A DNA stretch of 64,000 nucleotides. Source: Clostridiales bacterium. Lineage in GTDB: Bacteria; Bacillota; Clostridia; Saccharofermentanales; Saccharofermentanaceae. This document shows positions 49,252-59,427 of this stretch, piece after piece. The DNA lies in contig JAFWDK010000019.1 of assembly GCA_017513085.1 (NCBI GenBank), positions 128,001 to 192,000 of the forward strand, written 5' to 3'. The notes under the pieces are model-generated. The model saw only the letters and a program-made list of their open reading frames with translations, ran no database searches and was not told the origin of the DNA. Positions within the stretch are counted from its first letter, which is position 1. Every line of letters begins with the position of its first letter. The translations under genes and the position numbers were made by a program.

Positions 49252-51159
49252 TTACGCCTCGCGCGACTGATACTCCTTATGTTCTGCTACAAACAACGCA
49301 TGGTACTCGGCTTCGATCTCATCGATCTCTTTCTTCGTATCATCATCCAAAACACGTGTATTGATGATCTTCTTCATGATGTCCGGATGCAGCACCGTCA
49401 TTCTCTGCAGGAATTCCTGGACATATTCTTTCGCATCTTCCTTGTCGAGGAAAGTCAGCTTCTCGTTAGTAGCCAGATACAGCATGACCACCTGCTCATC
49501 CATCTGAAGCGGCGAGAACTGCTCCTGCTTTAAGATCTCATTGAGGATCACACCTCGCTTCAACTGCTTCTGGGTATTCGGATCCAGGTCAGAGCCGAAC
49601 TGGGCAAAAGCAGCCATTTCACGAGCCTGTGCCAGGCTGATACGGAGCGGTCCGGCCACTTTCTTCATCGCCTTGGTCTGTGCAGCACCACCTACACGGG
49701 AGACCGAAAGACCGGCATTGATAGCAGGACGCTGTCCCGCGAAGAACAACTCGGATTCCAGATAGATCTGACCGTCTGTGATGGAAATCACATTGGTCGG
49801 AATATAAGCGGAAATATCTCCGCTCAATGTCTCAATGATCGGAAGCGCCGTCATGGAACCACCGCCAAGATCGTCACTGAGCTTGGCTGCACGTTCAAGC
49901 AAACGGGAGTGCAGATAGAATACATCGCCCGGATATGCTTCACGTCCCGGCGGACGACGCAAAAGCAACGAAATGGCACGATATGCCTGCGCATGTTTGG
50001 AAAGATCATCATAGACGATCAGAACATCCGCATGATCCTCATACATAAACTCCTCAGCGATCGCGCAACCGGCGTATGGAGCAATATACTGCAGCGACGC
50101 AGGCTGAGAAGCACTCGAAGCAACGATGACCGTATACTCCAGAGCATTGTGCTGCTCCAGTGCTTTTGCCACGGAAACGATGTTGGCCATCTTCTGTCCG
50201 ATCGCTACATAGATGCAGATCACGTTCTTTCCACGCTGATTGATAATAGTATCCAGCGCAATGGCTGTCTTTCCTGTCTGACGGTCACCGATGATCAACT
50301 CACGCTGACCACGGCCGATCGGCGTCATCGCGTCGATCGCAGTAATACCGGTCTGCAACGGTTCGCAGATCGGAGAACGGGCAACAATGCTAGGAGCCGG
50401 ATACTCGATGGGACGCCGGCTGGTGGAACGGATAATACCCTTTCCATCGATCGGATTACCAAGCGGATCCACGACTCGTCCGAGAAGGCCGCCGCCAACC
50501 GGTACCGAAACCGCACGGCCGGTACGATGGCACAAAACACCTTCCACGACATCCCGGCATTCACCGAGAAGGACTACGCCCACTTTGTCGGATTCAAGAT
50601 TCATGGCAATTCCGTAGGATGTCTCGGAAAACATGATCAACTCGCTGGCTACACAGTTTTCCAGACCACTGACCATTGCCACGCCGTCGCCTACTGAGAG
50701 GACTTTACCCACCTGCTCCACTTCGGACGCTTTGGCAAAGTCCGTAAGAAGCTGCTCACGCTTCTTTTCCTGGGATTCTTCTTCACCTTCCCACAGTTCA
50801 TCGTCCTCAAAAAGCATCGCCGGGCTTTCCGGAAAATCGGCCAAAGCTTCGGCAAGAGAACTATGGATCAGTGCGGCATCGTCTTTCTTATCCGATACCT
50901 CGATATCGGAACCGCGATCCGTCTTTAAGTGCCGGCCAATACGCGATAACTGGCCGGAAACGCTATAATCGTATTTCGTACCTTGGGCAAAGATCACATA
51001 GCCACCGATCAGACTCTTGTCTGTCTCCTGCTCGATCGTATACCCGGAAATATGCAGATACTCGGCGAAGCGGCGCGCAATGAGAGCAACCTTCTCCGGT
51101 GGCATATCTTCGGAAGCCGTTACGATACGGATGACTTCAAAACCACTTCCATTATTCAC
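49252..51159 (-). CDS. atpA: F1 alpha subunit with N-terminally fused delta (AtpH/OSCP) C-terminal domain
   Basis: 635 aa. Residues ~7-78 VTA...[10 protein letters not shown]...[12 protein letters not shown] match the delta CTD. Canonical alpha from about residue 148: [29 protein letters not shown]. Confidence 0.96.
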   Translation of the reverse strand: MNNGSGFEVIRIVTASEDMPPEKVALIARRFAEYLHISGYTIEQETDKSLIGGYVIFAQGTKYDYSVSGQLSRIGRHLKTDRGSDIEVSDKKDDAALIHSSLAEALADFPESPAMLFEDDELWEGEEESQEKKREQLLTDFAKASEVEQVGKVLSVGDGVAMVSGLENCVASELIMFSETSYGIAMNLESDKVGVVLLGECRDVVEGVLCHRTGRAVSVPVGGGLLGRVVDPLGNPIDGKGIIRSTSRRPIEYPAPSIVARSPICEPLQTGITAIDAMTPIGRGQRELIIGDRQTGKTAIALDTIINQRGKNVICIYVAIGQKMANIVSVAKALEQHNALEYTVIVASSASQPASLQYIAPYAGCAIAEEFMYEDHADVLIVYDDLSKHAQAYRAISLLLRRPPGREAYPGDVFYLHSRLLERAAKLSDDLGGGSMTALPIIETLSGDISAYIPTNVISITDGQIYLESELFFAGQRPAINAGLSVSRVGGAAQTKAMKKVAGPLRISLAQAREMAAFAQFGSDLDPNTQKQLKRGVILNEILKQEQFSPLQMDEQVVMLYLATNEKLTFLDKEDAKEYVQEFLQRMTVLHPDIMKKIINTRVLDDDTKKEIDEIEAEYHALFVAEHKEYQSREA

Positions 51160-51760
51160 CGGTCTTCACCTCTGTTGACTGAAGCTCTGCATTAACTTTA
51201 TCACGAAGTTCACTTTCCTTCTTCTCATCACCGACTGTGCCCAGCACGTGACCTGCGATGGAAACTGCGAGATCGGCAACTTCGTCTTTCATCTCTTCCA
51301 GCATCGCTTTGCGGGTACGCTTCGCGTCTTCCTCCGCACGGTCGCGGATCTCCTGTGCTTCTTTCTTGGCGGTCTCGATAATGGTCTGAGACTGCTTTTC
51401 CGCCTGGGATCTTGCATCTGCGATGATCTGGATCGCTTCTTCATGAGAAGCGTCTATACGCTTGGAAGCTTCATCAAGCTTTTCACTAGCTTCTTTTTCC
51501 TGTTTCTCTGCATTTTCAACTTGCGCGGCAATACTCTCCTTACGCTTGTTGATGACCTTGATCAAAGGCTTGAAGAGGACCAGTTTCAATATAAAGTACG
51601 CGATCAGGACATTGACGATCGTAACTATTGCGGTGACGGCATAGTGCGCCATCTGATCCGGTGAAAGGATCGAACTTTCCTTCTCACCCTCCGCTACGAC
51701 ATCCAGTGCTACGATCGCAATCTTATTTATGGTTGCAATAGAGAGCAGATTCATTATCAA
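51152..51760 (-). CDS. atpF: Fo subunit b
   Basis: [25 protein letters not shown], long Ala/Glu/Lys coiled coil, VADLAVSIA. Confidence 0.93.
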   Translation of the reverse strand: MIMNLLSIATINKIAIVALDVVAEGEKESSILSPDQMAHYAVTAIVTIVNVLIAYFILKLVLFKPLIKVINKRKESIAAQVENAEKQEKEASEKLDEASKRIDASHEEAIQIIADARSQAEKQSQTIIETAKKEAQEIRDRAEEDAKRTRKAMLEEMKDEVADLAVSIAGHVLGTVGDEKKESELRDKVNAELQSTEVKTGE

Positions 51761-51772
51761 TCACCTCGGGAA

Positions 51773-52039
51773 TCAGAAAGTAAAGATCAGCAACAAGCTG
51801 ACGACCAGTGCATAGATGGCGATGGACTCCATGAATACGATCGAGATAAGAAGCAATGTCTGCAGTTTACTGTACATTTCCGGCTGACGGGATGAGCCTT
51901 CGAGTGCTCTTCCGGCAGCAAGACCGATACCGATACAGGTACCCAGACCGGCAAGACCGATAGCAAGACCTGCGCCGAATCCGGCCAAACCCTTAGGATC
52001 CATAGCAGCAACATCCAGTAAAACACGTGTAAAATTCAT
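51773..52039 (-). CDS. atpE: Fo subunit c
   Basis: Gly-rich helix 1, RQPE loop, ion-binding E in FMESIAIY. Confidence 0.97.
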   Translation of the reverse strand: MNFTRVLLDVAAMDPKGLAGFGAGLAIGLAGLGTCIGIGLAAGRALEGSSRQPEMYSKLQTLLLISIVFMESIAIYALVVSLLLIFTF

Positions 52040-52068
52040 TTTTATATCCTCCTAATATTTCCTTCTCA

Positions 52069-52935
52069 TCAGGCAACATTTGCTTCAGTCTTTGCAGCCT
52101 GTTTTTCTTCTATTTCTTTGCGTTTTTCTTCTTTTCTCTCCGCAACGGCATGTGCGCTCTCTACAACCTCACCGATATACGAAGTTGTAAGGTAGCAGAA
52201 TACGACCGCCTGGAGTATACCATCCATCAGGTCAAACCACAGACTGAACACACCCGGTACGATGAACGGGACGATCAGACTTAAGAATTCCATCAGGATA
52301 AAAGCACCGAATACATTACCGAAAAGACGTAATGACAGTGAGATCGGTTTAACAAAGAAATCGATGATCTTAAACGGAAGCATGAATGGTTTCGGATCGA
52401 CAAAGGAACTGCAGAAACCCTTCAGGCCCACAAAACGGATCGACATAAAGATCACGTAAGCGATGGCAAAAAGCGCGAGCGAAAACGTAAACGCTATATT
52501 TTTAGCCGGTGGTGGGAGTTTAAAGATCGAACAGACATTACACGATATCAGAACTATGCCTATCGTACCGACCATAGGCACCACTTTTTCCGCCTGGCTA
52601 TCGTTAAGGCCATAATCTTTGCAGACGCCGAAAAGAAGACCAATGATCGTTTCCATAACAGACTGCTTAGCATCCGGGAATGTCTTGCGGCTTTTACCAA
52701 GCCACCAGAAAAGAAGGATCCCCAGTCCGACAGCGATCCACATCACAATGATCGCATCCGTGATCGGAAGCTTGTCATCGCCTAACTGCAGATAACCCTT
52801 CCACTGCATGATACCATGCCGGATCTCATCTCCGATGTTTTTTCCACCGGTAAAGACACCGAAAAGGTCTTTCAGCTCATCTATGAAAGCATCCCAGAAT
52901 TCTGTCCACCAAGAGGCGGCAAGTAAGAATCTCAT
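52069..52935 (-). CDS. atpB: Fo subunit a
   Basis: KPISLSLRLFGN with the essential Arg; GILQAVVF. Confidence 0.95.
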   Translation of the reverse strand: MRFLLAASWWTEFWDAFIDELKDLFGVFTGGKNIGDEIRHGIMQWKGYLQLGDDKLPITDAIIVMWIAVGLGILLFWWLGKSRKTFPDAKQSVMETIIGLLFGVCKDYGLNDSQAEKVVPMVGTIGIVLISCNVCSIFKLPPPAKNIAFTFSLALFAIAYVIFMSIRFVGLKGFCSSFVDPKPFMLPFKIIDFFVKPISLSLRLFGNVFGAFILMEFLSLIVPFIVPGVFSLWFDLMDGILQAVVFCYLTTSYIGEVVESAHAVAERKEEKRKEIEEKQAAKTEANVA

Positions 52936-53039
52936 AATGAATTACACTTTCTGAGGCCGTCGTCCTGCATTGATCCGCAACAGGCCGGGGCTTCCTCTAC
53001 TCAAAAATTCTCACACCGCTTTTACGCGGTGTATCCGGA

Positions 53040-53684
<645 letters not shown>

Positions 53685-53705
53685 TCACTTTCAAATCAGA
53701 TTATT

Positions 53706-54164
53706 TTATTTGAACAGTTCTTTCTCTTGTTCCTTCATATCGTTTACACGAACCTGGTGACGTCCACCGTCAAAAGGCTCATTCATATAGGCATCGACGA
53801 TTCCCAATGCCAAAGAACTTCCGACTACGCGTGCGCCCATCGAAAGAACATTGGCATCGTTGTGCTGACGCGACATTCTGGCCATATATTCATTGGTACA
53901 AAGCGCGCAACGGATACCGGGAAACTTGTTTGCCACCATGGAAATACCGATACCGGTTCCACAGATCACAATACCTCTTTCTGCCTTCTCATCGATCACG
54001 TCCTTAGCCACTTTCTGGCCGGCCAGCACATAGCTGTACGGTACATCCGATGCGGTCGCGCCGCCCTCAAGGATCGTGTGACCCTGCTTGGTGAGATGTT
54101 CCACTACGATCTTCCGAAGTGCAAATCCTGCGTGATCCGATGCAATTGAAATAACCATTTTCAT
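53706..54164 (-). CDS. rpiB: ribose-5-phosphate isomerase B
   Basis: ASDHAG, ICGTGIG, RQHNDANVL, FDGGRH. Confidence 0.96.
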   Translation of the reverse strand: MKMVISIASDHAGFALRKIVVEHLTKQGHTILEGGATASDVPYSYVLAGQKVAKDVIDEKAERGIVICGTGIGISMVANKFPGIRCALCTNEYMARMSRQHNDANVLSMGARVVGSSLALGIVDAYMNEPFDGGRHQVRVNDMKEQEKELFK

Positions 54165-54173
54165 ACCCTCGCT

Positions 54174-55454
54174 TTATTTGATGTGTTTATGTGTAAATGT
54201 TCTCTTTCCGGAAGCATAATCGGCAACAATATTACCGTTGCCTACGATCTTATACTTATAGGTGACCAGACCTTCCAGACCAACCGGTCCTCTGGCATGA
54301 AGTTTACTTGTACTGATTCCGACTTCGGCGCCAAACCCGTAGCGCAAGCCGTCCGAGAAACGTGTCGAGCAATTCCAGAATGTATTTCCGGAGTCAACCC
54401 TGTTCATGAAAGTTTCTGCAGCTTCTTTATTCTTCGTTACGATAGACTCCGTGTGGCCGGAACCGTTCGTATTGATATGATCGATCGCTTCTTCCAGACC
54501 GGAAACGACCTTGATCGAAACTTCATAGTCGAGATACTCGTGATGCCATTCTTCTACAGGCAGCACATCAGGCAGGATCGCCTTCGTCTTCTCACAACCA
54601 TGAAGGATAACATTCTTTTCTTTCAGGACATCCGCAAGCTTCGGCAGGAATTCCTTCGCGATCGACTCATCGACCAGGATCGTCTCGCAGGCATTGCATA
54701 CCGACACATACTGTGTCTTACTGTCGACAGCCAGCTTTAACGCCATGTCGAAGTCCGCATCCTCGTGAATATACAGATGACATACGCCATCCGCGTGTCC
54801 CATTACCGGGATCGTACTGTGCTGCATGATATACTGGACAAAAGAATTGGATCCGCGCGGTATGATCAGATCGATATATTTATCAAGCTGGAGCATCTCC
54901 GCCACATCGTTTCTGGTCTCCATCAACGTGATCCAGCCCTTCGGGATACCGGCTTCCTCAGAAGCCTTCGCGATCACTTCGAAAAGGATACGATTTGAGT
55001 TGATGGCTTCGCTTCCTCCCTTCAGGCAACAGGAATTACCTGACTTCAAGGCCAAAGAAGCAATCTGTACCAGAGCATCCGGACGGGATTCGAAAATAAT
55101 ACCGAGAACACCGATTGGGCAGGACACGCGTGTCATTACCAAATCATCGTCAAGTTCTGTCTTGAGAAGTTCCCGGCCGACCGGATCCTCAAGCTTCGTC
55201 AGGCTGCGAAGTCCCTCGGTAACATCCGCAAGCTTATGGTCATTAAACACAAGTCTCTTCTGAAGCGGCATGGGGAGATCTGATTCCTGCGCATTCTTCA
55301 CATCGATACTGTTCGCGGCAAAGATGGCATCCTTATTCTCATTCAATGCCTCTGCGATCTTCAGCAACGCCGCATCTTTTACTTCCGTCGGAAGCACGGC
55401 CATGGCATACGACGCCTGCTTGGCTTCCTTCGCGCGAGATTCAAAATCTGTCAT
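54174..55454 (-). CDS. proA: gamma-glutamyl phosphate reductase
   Basis: IIFESRP, LKGGSEA, LIIPRGS, VCNACET, NCSTRFSDG, STSKLHARGPVGL. Confidence 0.98.
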   Translation of the reverse strand: MTDFESRAKEAKQASYAMAVLPTEVKDAALLKIAEALNENKDAIFAANSIDVKNAQESDLPMPLQKRLVFNDHKLADVTEGLRSLTKLEDPVGRELLKTELDDDLVMTRVSCPIGVLGIIFESRPDALVQIASLALKSGNSCCLKGGSEAINSNRILFEVIAKASEEAGIPKGWITLMETRNDVAEMLQLDKYIDLIIPRGSNSFVQYIMQHSTIPVMGHADGVCHLYIHEDADFDMALKLAVDSKTQYVSVCNACETILVDESIAKEFLPKLADVLKEKNVILHGCEKTKAILPDVLPVEEWHHEYLDYEVSIKVVSGLEEAIDHINTNGSGHTESIVTKNKEAAETFMNRVDSGNTFWNCSTRFSDGLRYGFGAEVGISTSKLHARGPVGLEGLVTYKYKIVGNGNIVADYASGKRTFTHKHIK

Positions 55455-55561
55455 ACTCAAACCTTCTTTTACATAGATTCAATATATTATATCAGATTCC
55501 CGCATAGATGACTTTAGAAAACGCAAGATTTTCATAATGAAAAGAATTGAAAGCGAATGAT

Positions 55562-55647
55562 TCTTCCACTCTTTGCAAAAGTTTTCCACTTTTGCAAAGT
55601 GGATAGAGAAAAAAACCTGTGGAAAATGTGGAAAAGTCTGTGGATAA
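55562..55647. promoter_or_regulatory. DnaA-box cluster
   Basis: TGTGGATAA (55639-47, perfect); TGTGGAAAA twice (55618-26, 55627-35); weaker TTTTCCACT (55582-90), AGTGGATAG (55598-606) and TCTTCCACT (55562-70). Confidence 0.72.
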
Positions 55648-55842
55648 CTCAAAAACAAGGGTTTCTAAAAATCGCCCCCTCTGAAGCCCGAAATTTAGCC
55701 CCCTTTATTTTGTCAAGTACTTTTCGCAAAAACGTCTGAAATACTTTTTTATCTGCAATAGCCTGATATTACTGGCTTTTTACGAAACCGAAACCCAATT
55801 TGATATTTTCCGTGTCCACCGCTCACGGACATCTGTACCATA

Positions 55843-57048
55843 CTAATTCTTCGGTGGCAAACGATAATAGTTTGTCAATTGACATCGAATCGATCCGTTA
55901 TACAATTTTCTTCTTTTATCTGCTTTTCGAATAACCTGGTTTTCAAAAGAATCATCCGGAGTGATGACCGACAAACGTATCCCTTTCCGGCAGAATCCGT
56001 TTTTGTCGAGATACGCGCGAGCGATTCCCCGATAGATGTCCGCCGCCGCTTCCGGAGTCAGCAAACGCCCGCCATAAGGCGGATTGCAGAGGATCAGCTG
56101 CCTGTTCATGCGAGTCCAGGAAGAGAGCTCCTCCGGAGTCTGATTCTTAAAATCTGCGACTTTAAATCGCGTAAAATCAGAAACCCCTGCCGCCATGGCA
56201 TTGCGTCTTGCCGTTTCCACTGCTTTCGGATCGATATCCGATCCATAGAAGTATATGTCATCCATAGGAGAAAGATCCGCCATATCCCGTGCTTCCTCTC
56301 TGGCCCGATCGAAGGGCATTTTCCCAAAATACGGCAGTTTTTCGGCTGCAAAATCACGTTTCAGACCAGGCGCGATATTTAAGGCCATCATGGCTGCCTC
56401 GATCACGATCGTTCCGGAACCACAGAACGGGTCGACCAACGCTTCCTCGCCGAAGAATCGGTATTGTGCCGCACTGACCATACCGGCCGCCAGAGTCTCC
56501 TTGATCGGAGCCTCGTGCATAAGAGGACGGTATCCTCGTTTATGCAGTCCATCGCCGGTAAGATCGATCATTACACGGACGTGGTCTTTGACTATTCCAA
56601 AAGAAATCTTCACAATACCCAGTTTCTCGTCCTCCAGGACATGCGCACCCTCCACAAGATGACGCGCCGAAAGAAGTGCTTTTACCATAGCCTTTTTCGC
56701 CAGACTCTGGCAGGCCGGAATACCGAAAAGTTTGGAATCTCTGGAGTAGCCATTCACATGGAATGCCCAGTCATGCGGGATCCAGTCCTCCCAGCGGATC
56801 TTCTCGAAGCCATCGAAAAACTCTTCAAAAGTCACGGCATCGAACTCCCCGATCGAAATAAGAACACGCTCTCCTCTTCTCACCCACATCAGGATCCTTG
56901 CGCTATCCTCGCGCATTGTTTCAGGCTTGGTGTCAACAAGCAAAAGTCCGTCCGTAACTTCGATCCGGCTCTTATCAAAGCCGATATTCAGAAGGTCCTC
57001 TGCGCAATAATGTTCCAGGCCGAAAAGGCAGGTGATCACGATTTTCAT
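55843..57048 (-). CDS. THUMP-domain class I RNA methyltransferase (RlmL/YpsC-like)
   Basis: FGLE, LHKRGYR, APIKETLAA, DPFCGSGTI, NPPYG; start MKIVIT at 57048. Confidence 0.92.
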   Translation of the reverse strand: MKIVITCLFGLEHYCAEDLLNIGFDKSRIEVTDGLLLVDTKPETMREDSARILMWVRRGERVLISIGEFDAVTFEEFFDGFEKIRWEDWIPHDWAFHVNGYSRDSKLFGIPACQSLAKKAMVKALLSARHLVEGAHVLEDEKLGIVKISFGIVKDHVRVMIDLTGDGLHKRGYRPLMHEAPIKETLAAGMVSAAQYRFFGEEALVDPFCGSGTIVIEAAMMALNIAPGLKRDFAAEKLPYFGKMPFDRAREEARDMADLSPMDDIYFYGSDIDPKAVETARRNAMAAGVSDFTRFKVADFKNQTPEELSSWTRMNRQLILCNPPYGGRLLTPEAAADIYRGIARAYLDKNGFCRKGIRLSVITPDDSFENQVIRKADKRRKLYNGSIRCQLTNYYRLPPKN

Positions 57049-57059
57049 CTTAATTCTCC

Positions 57060-58190
57060 TCACACATTTGAAATCACATCCAGAAGCGGCATCAGGATCA
57101 TCTGTGCCAGAAGGATGTGCAGAACGATAAACGGAATGCCCTGAAGGCATCTCGGGATTTTGCTGAACATAAGCCGGCGGTCAAGTACGTGCAGATAAAA
57201 CAGAACGATGGTAAAAGAAAACCAGACTCCGACGACCAGCGCCACCCACCATACAAAAAACGTTGAAACCGCCATTTCGCTACCGGTCGAAAAGCGGCGG
57301 AGGTAGAACACCAGGGGAAGTGCTACTTTCACGATCGTGATCAAGGGCAGGAACGGACTTTCGTCTATCACATCTTCCAGGTTGAACACACGGATCGCCA
57401 GAGTAAACAATGCAAAAGTCAGAAGTGTCGCATAGAGTACGACATGTCCCGGCTGACGAAGGATCTCCGGTGCATAAAGCACATATCCGATACTGATGCC
57501 GCCGCAGATCACATCCGTAACAAGCATGCACAAGATCAGGAGGAAGAATCCCTTTTCTCCTTTAATGGTAGGCGCCTGATATTTCTTGGTTTCATTACGG
57601 TTCCATCCAAGTACCCAGTTCTTCTCTGTTTCGTTTCTTTTCAACACCAGAAGGAACAGAAGACTGACGATCACCAGAAGCGTGGCGCCGGAAGAGTGAC
57701 TCAGGATCTGGACATTATGTGTCTTAAAGATACCAAGTTTAATTCCGAAGAAAGAATCGAATCCCAAAACTTCACGTATCATGGCAATGACCAGGCCATT
57801 GACCAGGTAGAATGCTCCGCCCTGAAGATATCCCGAATCGGTTCCGGACTCGCCTTCCAGAAGAAGATAATAGAAAAGCGGAGCGGAAAGGAACAGGAAT
57901 GTCGATTCCGGCAAAAGGAAAAACGCGGGCATAGGGACCGGAAGTGCGCAGAATTGGGCAAGAAGCGTTGCGATCTCACCGATCACGGCCGCTCCTAAAG
58001 CAAATACACCCCAGCAGATCCGCCGGTTCTTGATAAAGTGTACCGTAGCGATATTGATCAGATAGAAGAGCACGAACTGTACGACCGAGCTGAGGAAGAT
58101 CTTCAGCGAACCGGTCGTGCACAGCATCATCAAGGCAACGGAAACCATGATGTAGAACTGTTTTTTTGTAATGTACGCTACATCCTGCAT
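57060..58190 (-). CDS. divergent fused RnfE-RnfA-like membrane protein
   Basis: About 12 TM helices; MIREVLG...FFG and SSGA match RnfE IRExLG / PGAF; FLPLITI matches RnfA FLPLITTNC; follows the rnfG-like gene; start MQDVAY at 58190. Confidence 0.68.
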   Translation of the reverse strand: MQDVAYITKKQFYIMVSVALMMLCTTGSLKIFLSSVVQFVLFYLINIATVHFIKNRRICWGVFALGAAVIGEIATLLAQFCALPVPMPAFFLLPESTFLFLSAPLFYYLLLEGESGTDSGYLQGGAFYLVNGLVIAMIREVLGFDSFFGIKLGIFKTHNVQILSHSSGATLLVIVSLLFLLVLKRNETEKNWVLGWNRNETKKYQAPTIKGEKGFFLLILCMLVTDVICGGISIGYVLYAPEILRQPGHVVLYATLLTFALFTLAIRVFNLEDVIDESPFLPLITIVKVALPLVFYLRRFSTGSEMAVSTFFVWWVALVVGVWFSFTIVLFYLHVLDRRLMFSKIPRCLQGIPFIVLHILLAQMILMPLLDVISNV

Positions 58191-58191
58191 T

Positions 58192-59427
58192 TCAACCCAC
58201 CCAGTTAAGATACTCACGCATAAATTTATAAGCCACATTGATCGTACTCAGCGTAGCCGAGCACTGGGACTTCATTTCCGGAAGTCCCTGAATATATGTA
58301 CGGATCTCCGAGAGCGGAATGCCATCCACACTCTCCGAGAGGATATTACCGGAATCACCCGTGACCACACCATCTTCACCTCCGACAACACCGATCTGAG
58401 ACGGCGCCGAAGTCGGTGTCGGAGCCGGCGTAGCCGTAGCAGTCAGCGTACCGGGAGCAGTCGGATCGGACGTTGTTTCCGTCTGAGTCGTCGTTTCCAC
58501 CGTCTCGGAAGAATTCTCACCCGAATCTTCCCCATCCGGATTCTCTTTCTGTTTCAGATACATCTCTTTCGTCAACGATGCACGTGAATTATCGATACAG
58601 ATATTGACCAGATTGATAAAATCCGAGATATTCATGGTGACCCCGTCAATGATCTGCGTGGTTCCGTCGGACTTCATCGCCAGTTTCATCGGATCCTGAA
58701 CCAGGATCAACCGGTTCTGTACACGGTAAGCCTGTTCCGCCCAGATCTTGCCGCTGATGTTATACTCGCCATCGATTGAATCCCGGGAACGAAGACGTCC
58801 GTTCTTATTCACCGCGTCCCACTCGACACGGACGATACGACCGCCACGCACCTCGATCTCCACGTGATCCTGATAACCATCCTTGGCCGGTCCTTTTGCC
58901 TCCGCATAATAGACACCATCATGAAGACCCAGCAGCGGATCATACTCCACCTGGTACTGCACATCAGCCACGATCTGCTGATCCACAGTCACCGGAATAC
59001 GCGCGCCGCAAAGCTGACTCTTCAATTCCTCCAGTTCTTCCTCACCCAGAGAGATCGCATCCTCTTCTTCGCTCAGAATACGGAAATCCATCAGGTTTTC
59101 ACCGTTATCACTGATACTGAGCTGGGTATGGATCGAACCCTCAGGAAGCTCCATCGCCACATCCAGAATATAACCGATCAGCTTTCCATCCTGGTCATGC
59201 GCGCTAAACACATAGCGAATATCCTGATAGTTGTCCAGAATATCCGTCTTCAGCGGCCGGTACTCTGTCGCCATCAGCAAAGAACCGAACTCCTCCTGAT
59301 ACTGCTGCTGCTCATTCTTCCTCGAACGGCTCGTCGTCTGGTAATAACACGTAAACAGGAAAGCCAACGACAAGATCACAACGATCAGCGCGCGGATCGT
59401 AAAACCTTTATAAAACGAACGGCTCAT
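58192..59427 (-). CDS. divergent RnfG-like protein with extra FMN-bind-like domain and Thr/Pro linker
   Basis: N-terminal TM; GKLIGYI...SI...ILSEEEDAISLG is RnfG-like; DGVYYAE...VEIEVRGGRIVRVEWD...W.EQ...IDGVT is an FMN_bind-like fold. Confidence 0.72.
   Translation of the reverse strand: MSRSFYKGFTIRALIVVILSLAFLFTCYYQTTSRSRKNEQQQYQEEFGSLLMATEYRPLKTDILDNYQDIRYVFSAHDQDGKLIGYILDVAMELPEGSIHTQLSISDNGENLMDFRILSEEEDAISLGEEELEELKSQLCGARIPVTVDQQIVADVQYQVEYDPLLGLHDGVYYAEAKGPAKDGYQDHVEIEVRGGRIVRVEWDAVNKNGRLRSRDSIDGEYNISGKIWAEQAYRVQNRLILVQDPMKLAMKSDGTTQIIDGVTMNISDFINLVNICIDNSRASLTKEMYLKQKENPDGEDSGENSSETVETTTQTETTSDPTAPGTLTATATPAPTPTSAPSQIGVVGGEDGVVTGDSGNILSESVDGIPLSEIRTYIQGLPEMKSQCSATLSTINVAYKFMREYLNWVG

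Noticed and set aside
55500-55800. Chromosomal origin oriC
   Set aside because: No dnaA, dnaN or rpmH nearby and no change in gene-strand bias across the site; kept as a DnaA-box cluster.
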